Source: a virus. From it: DNA of 64,000 nucleotides. The first letter of the stretch is position 1; each line of letters begins with the position of its first letter. This document shows positions 1 through 10,100 of the stretch, piece after piece. The DNA lies in IMG/VR virus record IMGVR_UViG_3300046333_000090, one strand, 5' to 3'. The position numbers were made by a program, and so were the translations under genes. The notes beneath the pieces are model-generated. The model did no database searches, was not told the origin of the DNA, and worked only from the letters and a program-made list of their open reading frames with translations.

Positions 1-3000
1 CATATTGGTGATTGACAGAAACACTAATATTATCCCCACCACAAACATTCGTATAATTGGCACTAGAAATAGCGTATACCCCAAAATTATCTAAATCAAT
101 TGGTACAATCGAAGTAAAGGTTTTATTTAATTCTACTAGTGGAATACCATTTATAGAATAAATCTCTACTACACTATTTGTTAAATGCTGAATGATTGAA
201 GTGTTATTCTTACCTCTACCACCAGCAGGGATAGTGATTAATTTTGTGCCATTATTCACATTAATATATGATAGGATCTCATCATCTATTTTGATATAAC
301 CTGGATTGGTGATAGATATTGGTAGATTATTTATAAATTGAGGTACCAATTCAGGAGTTTCTACTGGTATCGTTGTAGCCACTGTATACTGAGTGTCAGA
401 AATAATATCAGTCAATATAGTTGGAATATAATTAGACACTATATTCTTTATAGTCACACTGTTATTAGTGGTGTGCATCCCATGATTTTTGGAATATACA
501 CTAACTAAGTTGCTATTTTTTGTTGTGGTTATATAATTTCCAATAATTTCTGGGAGATTGTCTTCATTATTAAAATTAATATTTCCAGTCAAACTAAATT
601 TTGCTTTATTCAACTTGAATTTTATCGATTTCTTATTGTCTGCGATCCAATTTTTATAGTTTTGTGGGACGTATAGATTGGAAATATTAGGATTTTTGAT
701 TGAAACTATATCAGTTGTATTTTTTACTTCAAAGTCATTACTGAATATTTCATAATTATTTGAGTTAGATAGTACACAAATACAATATTGAGTATTGTCC
801 TTTAAGTATACCATATTATTAAATTTAATAATAGTAGGCGTATTTCCATCACTACTGGTAACTATATCTTTTGTATTTACGCTTATTTCTGAGTATGGTA
901 GAATAGTTTCAGTAGGATAGTTATTTTCAACAGTTCTCAACTGAACTATTAAAGGGATGAAATTATCTTTTTTGTTGAAGAATAGTTCTAATGAGGTGAT
1001 AAAGCAGCCACCAACAATATTGTTATTAAATGATTGAGTTATTGGACTATTCCAACCATTATTGTTGATGATATTACCATTGATCTGATTTTGAATTATG
1101 TTAGTGTCATTATTTTCAGGAATGCTTAGTGAGATGATGTCTTTAGTTTCGATGTTAGAATTGCCACCACACTGAAATATGGTTTTAGCAAATGTAGTAT
1201 TACCAATTGCGGATAACACTAGTGTTCCTACTGAAAATTTGTAATCGCTTTTAGTTGGGTTGGGAATAAATACATTTCCTGCAAAATTACCATTGTCATC
1301 ACTAATGATATCAGTGTTTGTCAAAATTGCAATTGCCCCCGAAGTTTGTCCAATGATGTATGTGCCGACTCCAATATCCTCCACATTAAACTGATACCCG
1401 TCATTCCAATTTATTTTTATGGTGTTAGTGGTGCCAGTGTACACTCCACTAGATAAACTATCTACTTTGGCGGATATATAATTTGATAGTACTGTTGGCT
1501 GATATCTTGAACCTGTTAATACTCTAGTATTGACATTTCTCCACAACAATTTTTCACCAACTACAAATGATATAGTATTAGTGCCATTAGTACCATCCTT
1601 TTTAATTACACAAGTAGAGGGTACTACTAGATCTGTAATATTTTTTGAATTTATATATACATCCAGTTTAGTGTTTGGTTTTAGTGCATCTATATTTATT
1701 TTTATAGTTTGTTGTTTTAAGTAATTGTTGGTGTTAGTATTTTTCTTAGTAGATTTGTTGCTGGTGATAGGCAACCAATTTTCTTTGTCAGAGTAATCTC
1801 CATAAAACCAATTGTCAGAACTAGGATGAGTGTTTATAACACCTTCCCAATTATTCAACGCATATGGATTGACCTTCAATACATAATTTTTGTTATTTTG
1901 TTCGATAAATGTTGCCTCAGTATATGGTAGACTGATTAAATTATTGCTTATTTTGTAACTACCATTATTAATTTTCAATTTTATATTTTTACTTGCAGTC
2001 TTTGGTACTAAAGTTTGATCATCGGGATTTATGCTGCTTTTATATGCTAAATTACTTATGTCGGATAATTGGTAATTTAAAAATTCATCTACCACAAATC
2101 CAGTCTTTAGTCGAACTATTCCAGTATTGTCTAGTAATACTGTATTATTGGCAGTAGATTCTAATTTGTTTAATGCTATTTCATTTTCTGTATTTTTTAT
2201 TCTTTTTTCTAAATTTCCAATATCTTCCATAGTGTATCTCTTGTTTGGATACACCACAGTTTTAATGTCACTAATAGCTTTAACTACTGGTGGGATTTGT
2301 AATGTTGCTATCGCCAAACAATCTTGTGGCAGATCGGGATTATTTGGATTGTTTGCCGAAATACCACTAATTATTCTACATTTACCAGTAGTATCTATTA
2401 TTAGTAAATCTGTTCTAGGAGTGTAATAATTATAATCACCTTTTAGTATGGTGCTTGGTGCAGGAAATGATCTTAGTTTTAATAGTCTGGTGCTGGGGTT
2501 TAGACCACTATACAACAAACTATATGGGGATAGGAGATTGCCTAGTCCAACAATTGTTGGAGATTTAGCATAGTATCTCAAATCGATTATATTAGTCTCT
2601 ATATCATCAGTTGGGTTGATGTAAGAATCAATACTCGTTATATCTCCTATACTAGTGTTAAAATAATCAAACACCACTACTAAATGATTGGTGGGTATGT
2701 TACTATTATTGATTATGGTCAATTTGTCGATGTCATGAATGTTATTATTACTATTTTTTATTAATTTGTAATTGCCAGTTACATCAATATAATTTCCTCT
2801 ATATACATTTGTCACTGTACTAGTAGTTGCAGTATTCCAATTGAACGCTGTATCAGCAATATTAAAATGATTGCTACTGTAATATATTAAATTTAATATA
2901 TTACCAGTTATGCCTATTATTTTGGCTTTTATATTCTTGTTATAAACAATATCACCTACATTAAATAATGAATTGTTGGATATAGTGATATTGTCGAAAC

Positions 3001-5347
3001 ATTCATTAGTGTAGTTGTTATTGGTATTGTCATTGTTAGAATATCTGACTGCCAATACATTACTCACATTACTATATCCTAAAGATAGTTCAGGATCATC
3101 ATAACGAATACCATAGTCAGAAGGAACTACATCAGTTTTTGACTTAATGTACTTTATTACTTTATTTTGTATTAAAGTATTAGTAGTAATGGTTGGGGTG
3201 AGTAATTCTACGGTATAAGAAACTAACCCATTCCCAGTAAAGGGCACTCCTAGATTTACTAAAGTTATTGTGTTAATCCCTGTAAATGTACCAACAAAAC
3301 TTCCTACACTGGTCTGCACTAGCGTATCTCCACTATAAATTTCATTAATATTTTGATTTGGCAGTACGCCCACATTATTTGTGAACGATATTGAACTGTT
3401 TCTTATAATAGAAATAGTTTTGTTGGTGGTGTCTTTGATATTCTTATCTGTTAATGGCACATATAAGTTTTTGTTATTACTTTTTAGTATAGTAACAGAT
3501 TTGTAGATGGTATCAATATTTTGAGAAGTAAAGCTATTGGATAAAGAAAGAGTAGTATTATTTAAAATGCCATCAACTGTGGTAATAACCCCAGCCAAAT
3601 TTATATTACTTCCAACATGTAATTCTGATATAAATTTAGAATTAATACCCGTTAAGGTTGTGCCATTGACATTGAAGTTGCTACCAGTCAAAACAAATTC
3701 TGTTTTTAATGTTGATGCCGCAAATCCGACTCTACCAATACTTCTAATATCATCAATCAAGTAATCTCTTATTTCCAATATATTGTTGATGATATTGTTT
3801 TTTGAGTTAATAATTGGTTCGTTCAAAATAAATGTACCTGTATTGTTCTCCAACGTAATCATATCACCAACTACTGAATATACATATCCAGAAGAACCAG
3901 AAATTGTTCCAGTCACATGATCGCCATAGACGATATTAGTTAATGCCCCACTTACTCTTAAATCGGTGTGAGTGGATAAATCTATCACATACAGTCTCAC
4001 CGAATTTTGAAGATAATTAATCGATACGGCTTTGGCTACCCCAATAATCTTCGATGGGGTAGCTACAGTGCTAGTACTATATAAATTTATATTTTGTGGT
4101 GATGATGATACATCTAACATACCGCCTATGCCACTAATTTCAAGATAAGACCCACAATCTATGAATGATTGGTGATTTATTCTTCGGTTTGTTTTGGTGG
4201 GTAGGTCTACGGTTATTAATTGTTTATCTGGAAACTTGTAATTGTACCCCTTTACTACAGCATCGCCAGCAGACAATTCCACAGAAAAGTAATCATTTCC
4301 ATTGATCTTATTTGGTTCACTCACCAATGGATCTACATTGATTACTGTTCTATTTTGATCGTCTACCTCATTTACTTTATATACACCATTATTAAATAAA
4401 TTATCTAGTGTTGGGTATACATTAATGTCAAAATCCTTGAGTACATAATTGCCAGCTTGTTTGTAAGTCTGAACCGCAATTGCATCAATAATTTGAGTAT
4501 TTACACTTACATCGATTTTGTAATTGATATTTCCATTCAATATTTGTACTAACTCTGTGTAATTAGTAGGAATGGCGGAACCATAAGTAAGTTTTACTAC
4601 ATTTGCTAATATTTGTAATCTGTCTGCTCCAACAGCAGCACAATTATTGAATCCATTCGCATTATCTGTTAAAGTTGCGTCATCTACAGCAGTGACAAAT
4701 TTAGGAGTAAATTGTATCCCAATACTATAATTACCTGTGTTGGTGTATTGATCTAATACCACACTAGTATTGTTCAGGTTGGTATAGTACCCGTCCCAAT
4801 AAAATGTGCCCTGATTTACGTGTACTATACTTGAATTATATAGTGTACTATTCGTGCTAATAGTTGTGGCAAATTTAATATTATTGAATGACAATATTTC
4901 ATTATCTGCAAATTTGTTATATTGTACTCCCATCAATACAGTACCACCACTAACATATTTTACATATAATGATGGTTTGGATATAGTACTATTCTTTTTG
5001 CTTACATATGCAACTACTATGGCTTGTACGTTTGTAGTATTACCTTTAATAGTTTTGCCAATTAGTTTATTTATTTCTACATCGGGTGTATTGCCATTAA
5101 ATAGATCATTTAATAATACTACATCTACCTCTTTGTCATGAGTAATCTCACCACCAGAAATCAAATCTCCATTTTGGTATTGTACATCAGATAAAGATTT
5201 TATTTGATTCTGAGCAATACTTTGTAGATTATTTAATTCTCTAGCTTGGATCGGATATCCTGGTTTAAATAATACTTGGTGATAATTTTTGGATTTGCCA
5301 AAATCATCATGATACGGTGGGATGTTTGTGTTGATTTTGTCGGTCAT
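1..5347 (-). CDS. Very large virion structural/baseplate protein (DUF4815/VrlC-like, cyanomyovirus type); 3' end runs off the window
   Basis: ATG at 5347; N-terminus MTDKINTNIPPYHDDFGKSKNYHQVLFKPGYPIQARELNNLQS matches the PY.DDF...LFKPG.P.QAREL motif of these proteins. Absent from the ORF track, probably because it is open at the window edge. Confidence 0.8.
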   Translation of the reverse strand, partial: MTDKINTNIPPYHDDFGKSKNYHQVLFKPGYPIQARELNNLQSIAQNQIKSLSDVQYQNGDLISGGEITHDKEVDVVLLNDLFNGNTPDVEINKLIGKTIKGNTTNVQAIVVAYVSKKNSTISKPSLYVKYVSGGTVLMGVQYNKFADNEILSFNNIKFATTISTNSTLYNSSIVHVNQGTFYWDGYYTNLNNTSVVLDQYTNTGNYSIGIQFTPKFVTAVDDATLTDNANGFNNCAAVGADRLQILANVVKLTYGSAIPTNYTELVQILNGNINYKIDVSVNTQIIDAIAVQTYKQAGNYVLKDFDINVYPTLDNLFNNGVYKVNEVDDQNRTVINVDPLVSEPNKINGNDYFSVELSAGDAVVKGYNYKFPDKQLITVDLPTKTNRRINHQSFIDCGSYLEISGIGGMLDVSSSPQNINLYSTSTVATPSKIIGVAKAVSINYLQNSVRLYVIDLSTHTDLRVSGALTNIVYGDHVTGTISGSSGYVYSVVGDMITLENNTGTFILNEPIINSKNNIINNILEIRDYLIDDIRSIGRVGFAASTLKTEFVLTGSNFNVNGTTLTGINSKFISELHVGSNINLAGVITTVDGILNNTTLSLSNSFTSQNIDTIYKSVTILKSNNKNLYVPLTDKNIKDTTNKTISIIRNSSISFTNNVGVLPNQNINEIYSGDTLVQTSVGSFVGTFTGINTITLVNLGVPFTGNGLVSYTVELLTPTITTNTLIQNKVIKYIKSKTDVVPSDYGIRYDDPELSLGYSNVSNVLAVRYSNNDNTNNNYTNECFDNITISNNSLFNVGDIVYNKNIKAKIIGITGNILNLIYYSSNHFNIADTAFNWNTATTSTVTNVYRGNYIDVTGNYKLIKNSNNNIHDIDKLTIINNSNIPTNHLVVVFDYFNTSIGDITSIDSYINPTDDIETNIIDLRYYAKSPTIVGLGNLLSPYSLLYSGLNPSTRLLKLRSFPAPSTILKGDYNYYTPRTDLLIIDTTGKCRIISGISANNPNNPDLPQDCLAIATLQIPPVVKAISDIKTVVYPNKRYTMEDIGNLEKRIKNTENEIALNKLESTANNTVLLDNTGIVRLKTGFVVDEFLNYQLSDISNLAYKSSINPDDQTLVPKTASKNIKLKINNGSYKISNNLISLPYTEATFIEQNNKNYVLKVNPYALNNWEGVINTHPSSDNWFYGDYSDKENWLPITSNKSTKKNTNTNNYLKQQTIKINIDALKPNTKLDVYINSKNITDLVVPSTCVIKKDGTNGTNTISFVVGEKLLWRNVNTRVLTGSRYQPTVLSNYISAKVDSLSSGVYTGTTNTIKINWNDGYQFNVEDIGVGTYIIGQTSGAIAILTNTDIISDDNGNFAGNVFIPNPTKSDYKFSVGTLVLSAIGNTTFAKTIFQCGGNSNIETKDIISLSIPENNDTNIIQNQINGNIINNNGWNSPITQSFNNNIVGGCFITSLELFFNKKDNFIPLIVQLRTVENNYPTETILPYSEISVNTKDIVTSSDGNTPTIIKFNNMVYLKDNTQYCICVLSNSNNYEIFSNDFEVKNTTDIVSIKNPNISNLYVPQNYKNWIADNKKSIKFKLNKAKFSLTGNINFNNEDNLPEIIGNYITTTKNSNLVSVYSKNHGMHTTNNSVTIKNIVSNYIPTILTDIISDTQYTVATTIPVETPELVPQFINNLPISITNPGYIKIDDEILSYINVNNGTKLITIPAGGRGKNNTSIIQHLTNSVVEIYSINGIPLVELNKTFTSIVPIDLDNFGVYAISSANYTNVCGGDNISVSVNHQY

Positions 5348-5373
5348 ACTAGAAATTTTTGTATTCTTTTTAA

Positions 5374-5405
5374 TATTTAGTTTAATATAAATATCTGTAT
5401 AAATA
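5374..5405. promoter_or_regulatory. Divergent T4-type late promoters (TATAAATA on + at 5386 and 5398; CTAAATA on - at 5374-5380)
   Basis: gp55-type consensus directly upstream of two divergent structural genes. Confidence 0.65.
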
Positions 5406-5419
5406 TTAAATTTAATAAA

Positions 5420-6895
5420 ATGAGTTCAATCATTACAAATCAATTTCGTACTGCTATTGCAAAGAATTTTTTATCTCTTGCCGCCACTGACAATTTATAT
5501 CTCTTCATCTCTAGACCACAACAATGGCAGTCTGAAGAGTATGCTGGTAATCCTGCCGTCAGTGAATTAACCCCCCCAGTGCCTAATGACAATTCTGCTG
5601 AATTTGTGAATAGTCACAATAATATGATCGGGATTAAGAAAATTAATTCTACCGATCTCTCGCTTGTGATTAAGAAAATTGTATGGCAACCAGGCGTAAT
5701 TTATGATATGTATAAGCATAATTACTCTCAAAATAATCCTACCGCCACTGGTTCTACTATTTTGGCGGATAGTAATTTTTACATAGTCAACAGCCAATTT
5801 CAAGTTTTTAAATGTATATATAACGGACAAACCCCAGAAACTCCATTAGGGATACCAACTACTATCGGGTCGGAACCTACTGTAATAGGTTCTTCTACCG
5901 CTATTGTCACTACGTCAGATGGATATAAATGGAAATATTTATTCTCTCTGACCACTAATCAAGTATTGAAATTTGCAAATAACAATTATATTCCTGTACT
6001 AGTAGATAGTGTTGTTAGCATTGCTGCTGCTCCTGGTTCAATTTCTCAATTGAATATCCTTAATAGAGGTACAAACCTGACTCCAGGTACATATTACTCC
6101 AGAATTATTGGTAATGGTGAAGGTGGGATTATTAGAATTATTGTTCCCAATGATACTTTAGACCCATTTAATCAAAAAATTGGTAGTGTATCTGTTATTT
6201 CTGGTGGTACTGATTATACTTATGCTAAAGTTAATTTGGGTGCTGTCTTTAGTGACATTCTGTGTACCATTCCTTCTAATATTGGCACTATTAATAATTC
6301 AGTACAGTATTTGGAAGTAATTATTCCACCAATATTAGGGCATGGGAGCGATCCGGAAAAAGAATTGTTCGCTCATCGCGTAGTTATCGCTCCCAAATTA
6401 GAATCTATCGATCAAGATATTCCCGTAAATATCCAGTATCGTCAGTTTGGTTTGTTCATAAATCCAAAAGTTGCTGGCACGGATACATTATTTGATGCTG
6501 CTACTGGTAATTGTACCACTCGTATCAAATTTCCTAATACTTTCGTAGGTACGTTTGTGTTAGGTGAGCGAGTTGTGCAAGCTATAACTGGCGCAATTGG
6601 TAATGTAGTGGCGTGGGATGTAGTTAATAAGATATTGTCTGTGTATCAGAATCAGTTTCAAAACAATTTTGTTGTTGATGACTTTGCTGGCGCAAATACT
6701 GTAACTGCTGGTGGGTTGACTGGAGTTCCTGAAATTGCTTTTAATGGTGTATTGAATTACAATACTTTCATTAATGGATATTCCACTAGCGAGATCGAAA
6801 AATATTCTGGTGAAATACTTTACATAGAAAACAGGGGGGCGATCAATAGAAGTCTCGATCAAACAGAGCAGATACTTCTCATAATTGAACTCTGA
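5420..6895 (+). CDS. gp8: Baseplate wedge subunit gp8
   Basis: MSSIITNQFR..., YDMYKHNY, DGYKWKYLF and C-terminal GEILYIENR...EQILLIIEL motifs. Confidence 0.9.
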   Translation: MSSIITNQFRTAIAKNFLSLAATDNLYLFISRPQQWQSEEYAGNPAVSELTPPVPNDNSAEFVNSHNNMIGIKKINSTDLSLVIKKIVWQPGVIYDMYKHNYSQNNPTATGSTILADSNFYIVNSQFQVFKCIYNGQTPETPLGIPTTIGSEPTVIGSSTAIVTTSDGYKWKYLFSLTTNQVLKFANNNYIPVLVDSVVSIAAAPGSISQLNILNRGTNLTPGTYYSRIIGNGEGGIIRIIVPNDTLDPFNQKIGSVSVISGGTDYTYAKVNLGAVFSDILCTIPSNIGTINNSVQYLEVIIPPILGHGSDPEKELFAHRVVIAPKLESIDQDIPVNIQYRQFGLFINPKVAGTDTLFDAATGNCTTRIKFPNTFVGTFVLGERVVQAITGAIGNVVAWDVVNKILSVYQNQFQNNFVVDDFAGANTVTAGGLTGVPEIAFNGVLNYNTFINGYSTSEIEKYSGEILYIENRGAINRSLDQTEQILLIIEL

Positions 6896-6952
6896 TGACA
6901 AATAATTAAAATTTGTGTTATAATAGGAATGTTGTCATTCCTATTATTTTTT

Positions 6953-7156
6953 ATGGATAAAAATAAGAAATACTATTACACTTATATCATTCGACACAAA
7001 AATGGGCAATATTATGTAGGCAGAAGGACTTCTAAAGTAGAACCACAATTAGATTCGTACATGGGATCTGGCGTGTGGGTAACTGCAATTAAAGATAGGG
7101 ACTCTATTGAAAAATATATAATTGCTGAGTACAATTATGCTATAAGAACATCATAA
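6953..7156 (+). pseudogene. Truncated GIY-YIG (Seg-like) homing endonuclease
   Basis: YYYTY...YYVGRR...DSYMGSG motif, stop after ~67 aa; paralogue of 34741 and 44722. Confidence 0.7.
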
Positions 7157-7164
7157 CACAGATA

Positions 7165-8868
7165 TCAAATAAATGGGAAAATCTGCACCACCTCAGCAAA
7201 CCAATTATTTATTTCGTTAGAACCTATTTCTTCGTAGCTATATTGAGTATTCGCATCAATCCAAAAAGATGTTAAAGTTTTCATAGAATAATATACTATT
7301 TCACTTCCTACATATTCATAATTTCTAATTTCATTAGAACCACTAGTGGTAAAGGTTACATTAAATTTGTTCAATTGTAAATAACCAGAACTCATGAATT
7401 CACTAGTGTCAACAACATTAATGACTCTTTGACCAATTAGCAAATCGGTAGTCATCGTAGTAATGGCAGGAGTGGGGTATTCATAATTACCACCAATATC
7501 GTTAACTAATTTTATTTTTTCTGCACCAAAGCTGTATTTTGTAGAAATATCGATCTGATTTTGGATGTCGCGCAAATTAGTAACATTAGACGAACCATAT
7601 GGTTCGATATCGTAGTCTAATACATGAGTAGTAGTTTCATAAACTACATCATTACCAGCAAATAATACATTAGTGGTAGTGTTATTAGTATATCCTACAA
7701 AATTGACATAATTATTGGCATCTTTATTGTATCTTATAGATGGAGGTGCAGAATATGTAATATCATCAGGTACTTGTGGATCTATATTTGGAGTGACAGT
7801 AGTGGTATAGTTATAAGTATGTAACAGCCAGCCATCAATGACACGAGAATTAAGAGTAGTAGCAGGAGGGTTAGTGATAGGAATTGGTGAATAGAACCTA
7901 TTAAATTTAATAGTTATTGCCCCAAAACTAGGAGAAACATAAGTAAAATCGTTATTTTTGGGGGTAATGTTACTAACGCCGAAACCAACAATATTAGTTT
8001 TGATGGGGATATCCAGCCAAGAAGTCACTACTATAGGATTATCTATATTACTGATACCATCTACAGGACTATCATTTTTGACAAATGTTGCACCATTGAG
8101 ATCTGCAATAGATGAGATGTGACTATTAGCAGTAGATAATATACTATTAGCAGTAGATAATCTGTTATTTGGGGTGGAGATGGGGACAATTTGCGAATTA
8201 TCCACATATTTGGTATTATTTTGTTCAGTATAGGGATTTGGCAATTTTAGATCATAATTACTAAAATTACTCACCGAATCTGAATTTGTAGGTAAATTTG
8301 GTGTAAATTTGGCATAATACGATATATTTTTATAATCTGTGGAATATTTACCAACTACTCCAGCACGATCTAATATTCCTTTTCCAGCTAATATTATGAC
8401 TTGAATTCCATTAACTGTGATAACCTGATTGACAGTAAAAGTAGCAGTGCCAGTATATTCAAAATATGAATATTTGTCAAACAAATTAACCACTTTTGTA
8501 ATAATTCCATTATTAAATGTATCACCCAATTTTAGTAAGTTTTTATTAGACCTTGGGTTTATAATGTAGTCAAATATGACTGCATTAGTAGTCATATCTG
8601 CATAATAAATGGTAGCATTAGGATTAGGTATTACAGATATAGCAGTAGCAACTAATTGAATAGTGCCTTGTAAATCTAATGTATAGTTATCTACGTTTTC
8701 TGGGGTAGATTCTGTTCGAGTATCTGCTTTATTAGCCGTGGACAGATTAAGAGTTAATTGATTTGATGGGATGACGAAAACATGGGCAAATGTGGTGTCG
8801 TCAGTATAAAATATGGGTAGGGGTGGGTTAATTGTTAAAGTTTTTTTGTAACTATTCTGGAGCGTCAT
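7165..8868 (-). CDS. Hypothetical virion structural protein
   Basis: 567-aa Thr/Asn-rich ORF directly downstream of gp25. Confidence 0.55.
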   Translation of the reverse strand: MTLQNSYKKTLTINPPLPIFYTDDTTFAHVFVIPSNQLTLNLSTANKADTRTESTPENVDNYTLDLQGTIQLVATAISVIPNPNATIYYADMTTNAVIFDYIINPRSNKNLLKLGDTFNNGIITKVVNLFDKYSYFEYTGTATFTVNQVITVNGIQVIILAGKGILDRAGVVGKYSTDYKNISYYAKFTPNLPTNSDSVSNFSNYDLKLPNPYTEQNNTKYVDNSQIVPISTPNNRLSTANSILSTANSHISSIADLNGATFVKNDSPVDGISNIDNPIVVTSWLDIPIKTNIVGFGVSNITPKNNDFTYVSPSFGAITIKFNRFYSPIPITNPPATTLNSRVIDGWLLHTYNYTTTVTPNIDPQVPDDITYSAPPSIRYNKDANNYVNFVGYTNNTTTNVLFAGNDVVYETTTHVLDYDIEPYGSSNVTNLRDIQNQIDISTKYSFGAEKIKLVNDIGGNYEYPTPAITTMTTDLLIGQRVINVVDTSEFMSSGYLQLNKFNVTFTTSGSNEIRNYEYVGSEIVYYSMKTLTSFWIDANTQYSYEEIGSNEINNWFAEVVQIFPFI

Positions 8869-8874
8869 GTCTGT

Positions 8875-9243
8875 TTATCTATCTCTCACTAAGTTTACAG
8901 TGAATGAATCTGTTTCTTCCAGTTGTTTAATAGTGTATTCTAGATAAACAGATAATGTAATATTATCATCTTCTAAAATAACTTCTATTTTTTCTATAAT
9001 AACACGATTCTCCCATAACGTCAAGGAGGTTCTGATCTCTTCAAGTATTTCGTTCCCAAGATTGTTGTCTGCAACTTCAAATAAATATTTTGATAGTGAT
9101 GTACCGTAATAAGGTTGGAAAATTGCACTACCTCTTTCGGTGAGTATAATATTTTTTACTGATGCTTTTACGGCTGCTTTTGTATTTAAGATTGTGATAT
9201 CGTGACTATTAGTTTGGCTGAATGATAAATCCAAGTCTGGCAT
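8875..9243 (-). CDS. gp25: Baseplate wedge gp25 (GPW/gp25 family)
   Basis: DLDLSF...AVKASVKNIILTERG...FQPYYG...LFE...WENRV. Confidence 0.9.
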   Translation of the reverse strand: MPDLDLSFSQTNSHDITILNTKAAVKASVKNIILTERGSAIFQPYYGTSLSKYLFEVADNNLGNEILEEIRTSLTLWENRVIIEKIEVILEDDNITLSVYLEYTIKQLEETDSFTVNLVRDR

Positions 9244-9283
9244 AATTTTTATGTTTTGATACTAATAGTCATATTTAGAGTTT

Positions 9284-10012
9284 CTATGCGGTGTAGGGCA
9301 TTCTAGACCCCTCTGGGAGCATAATAGGTTGTTCCCAAGATGCTTGATTTTCTAAATGTGCTTCAATTAATTGGTCTAGTTTTATCTGATGTTTTGGTGA
9401 GAATTGGATAGTATGATCTGGCAACCAATTAGGAGTTTCTTTGAGGTATCGTTCTGGCAATACTAAACCTGATTTGATGCCGAACTGATAGTGAATATTT
9501 TGAAGGTAATTTATTGATTGTGAACCAAAACTTATTCTCTCACCATTTACTCTTGGCATACGAATTTGTGTTTTATAGCTACTACTACCACCATTAGCAC
9601 ATTTTATACCAATAGGGAGTCCAGATGACTTCTTCATTAATGCTATATTAAACCATTGAGTGACTACTTCTAAATTAGATAATTTGTTATTACTAGGATC
9701 TCCGTCGATATGATTGATCACCCAATTATTATTAGTCTTCAATCCAACTATTAATTCATGAATTTTTACAGTTTGTCCATTTTTATATGTTAGAAATCTA
9801 CCTGTATTATTAGGATTAAAATTATATAGTTTTAATAGATCTACTTTATCAAGATCTATAGAATTAGTATATAATATACCAGTATTAGTATTGAGTACAT
9901 ACAGTTGGTCATAAGTAAAGAATTGATTATATATTAAATTGTAACCATTGTCTACATTATGATGAGGTTGATTGAACTGCCATAAATCCAGCGTTGTGTC
10001 GTAGTAAATCAT
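9284..10012 (-). CDS. HNH endonuclease, expanded family copy A (intact)
   Basis: INHIDGDPSNNKLSNLEVVT HNH motif; start set at MIYYD by alignment with paralogues. Confidence 0.85.
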   Translation of the reverse strand: MIYYDTTLDLWQFNQPHHNVDNGYNLIYNQFFTYDQLYVLNTNTGILYTNSIDLDKVDLLKLYNFNPNNTGRFLTYKNGQTVKIHELIVGLKTNNNWVINHIDGDPSNNKLSNLEVVTQWFNIALMKKSSGLPIGIKCANGGSSSYKTQIRMPRVNGERISFGSQSINYLQNIHYQFGIKSGLVLPERYLKETPNWLPDHTIQFSPKHQIKLDQLIEAHLENQASWEQPIMLPEGSRMPYTA

Positions 10013-10100
10013 TTTAATATAATAAAGTATATAATCATCATAACACAGATATTGATGTATCGCAATCATAAATATCTATAGAATTATTAAATTTAATAGA

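Noticed and set aside
1530-5141. Short + strand ORFs (1530, 2127, 3537, 4854)
   Set aside because: Antisense shadows of the large - strand virion gene
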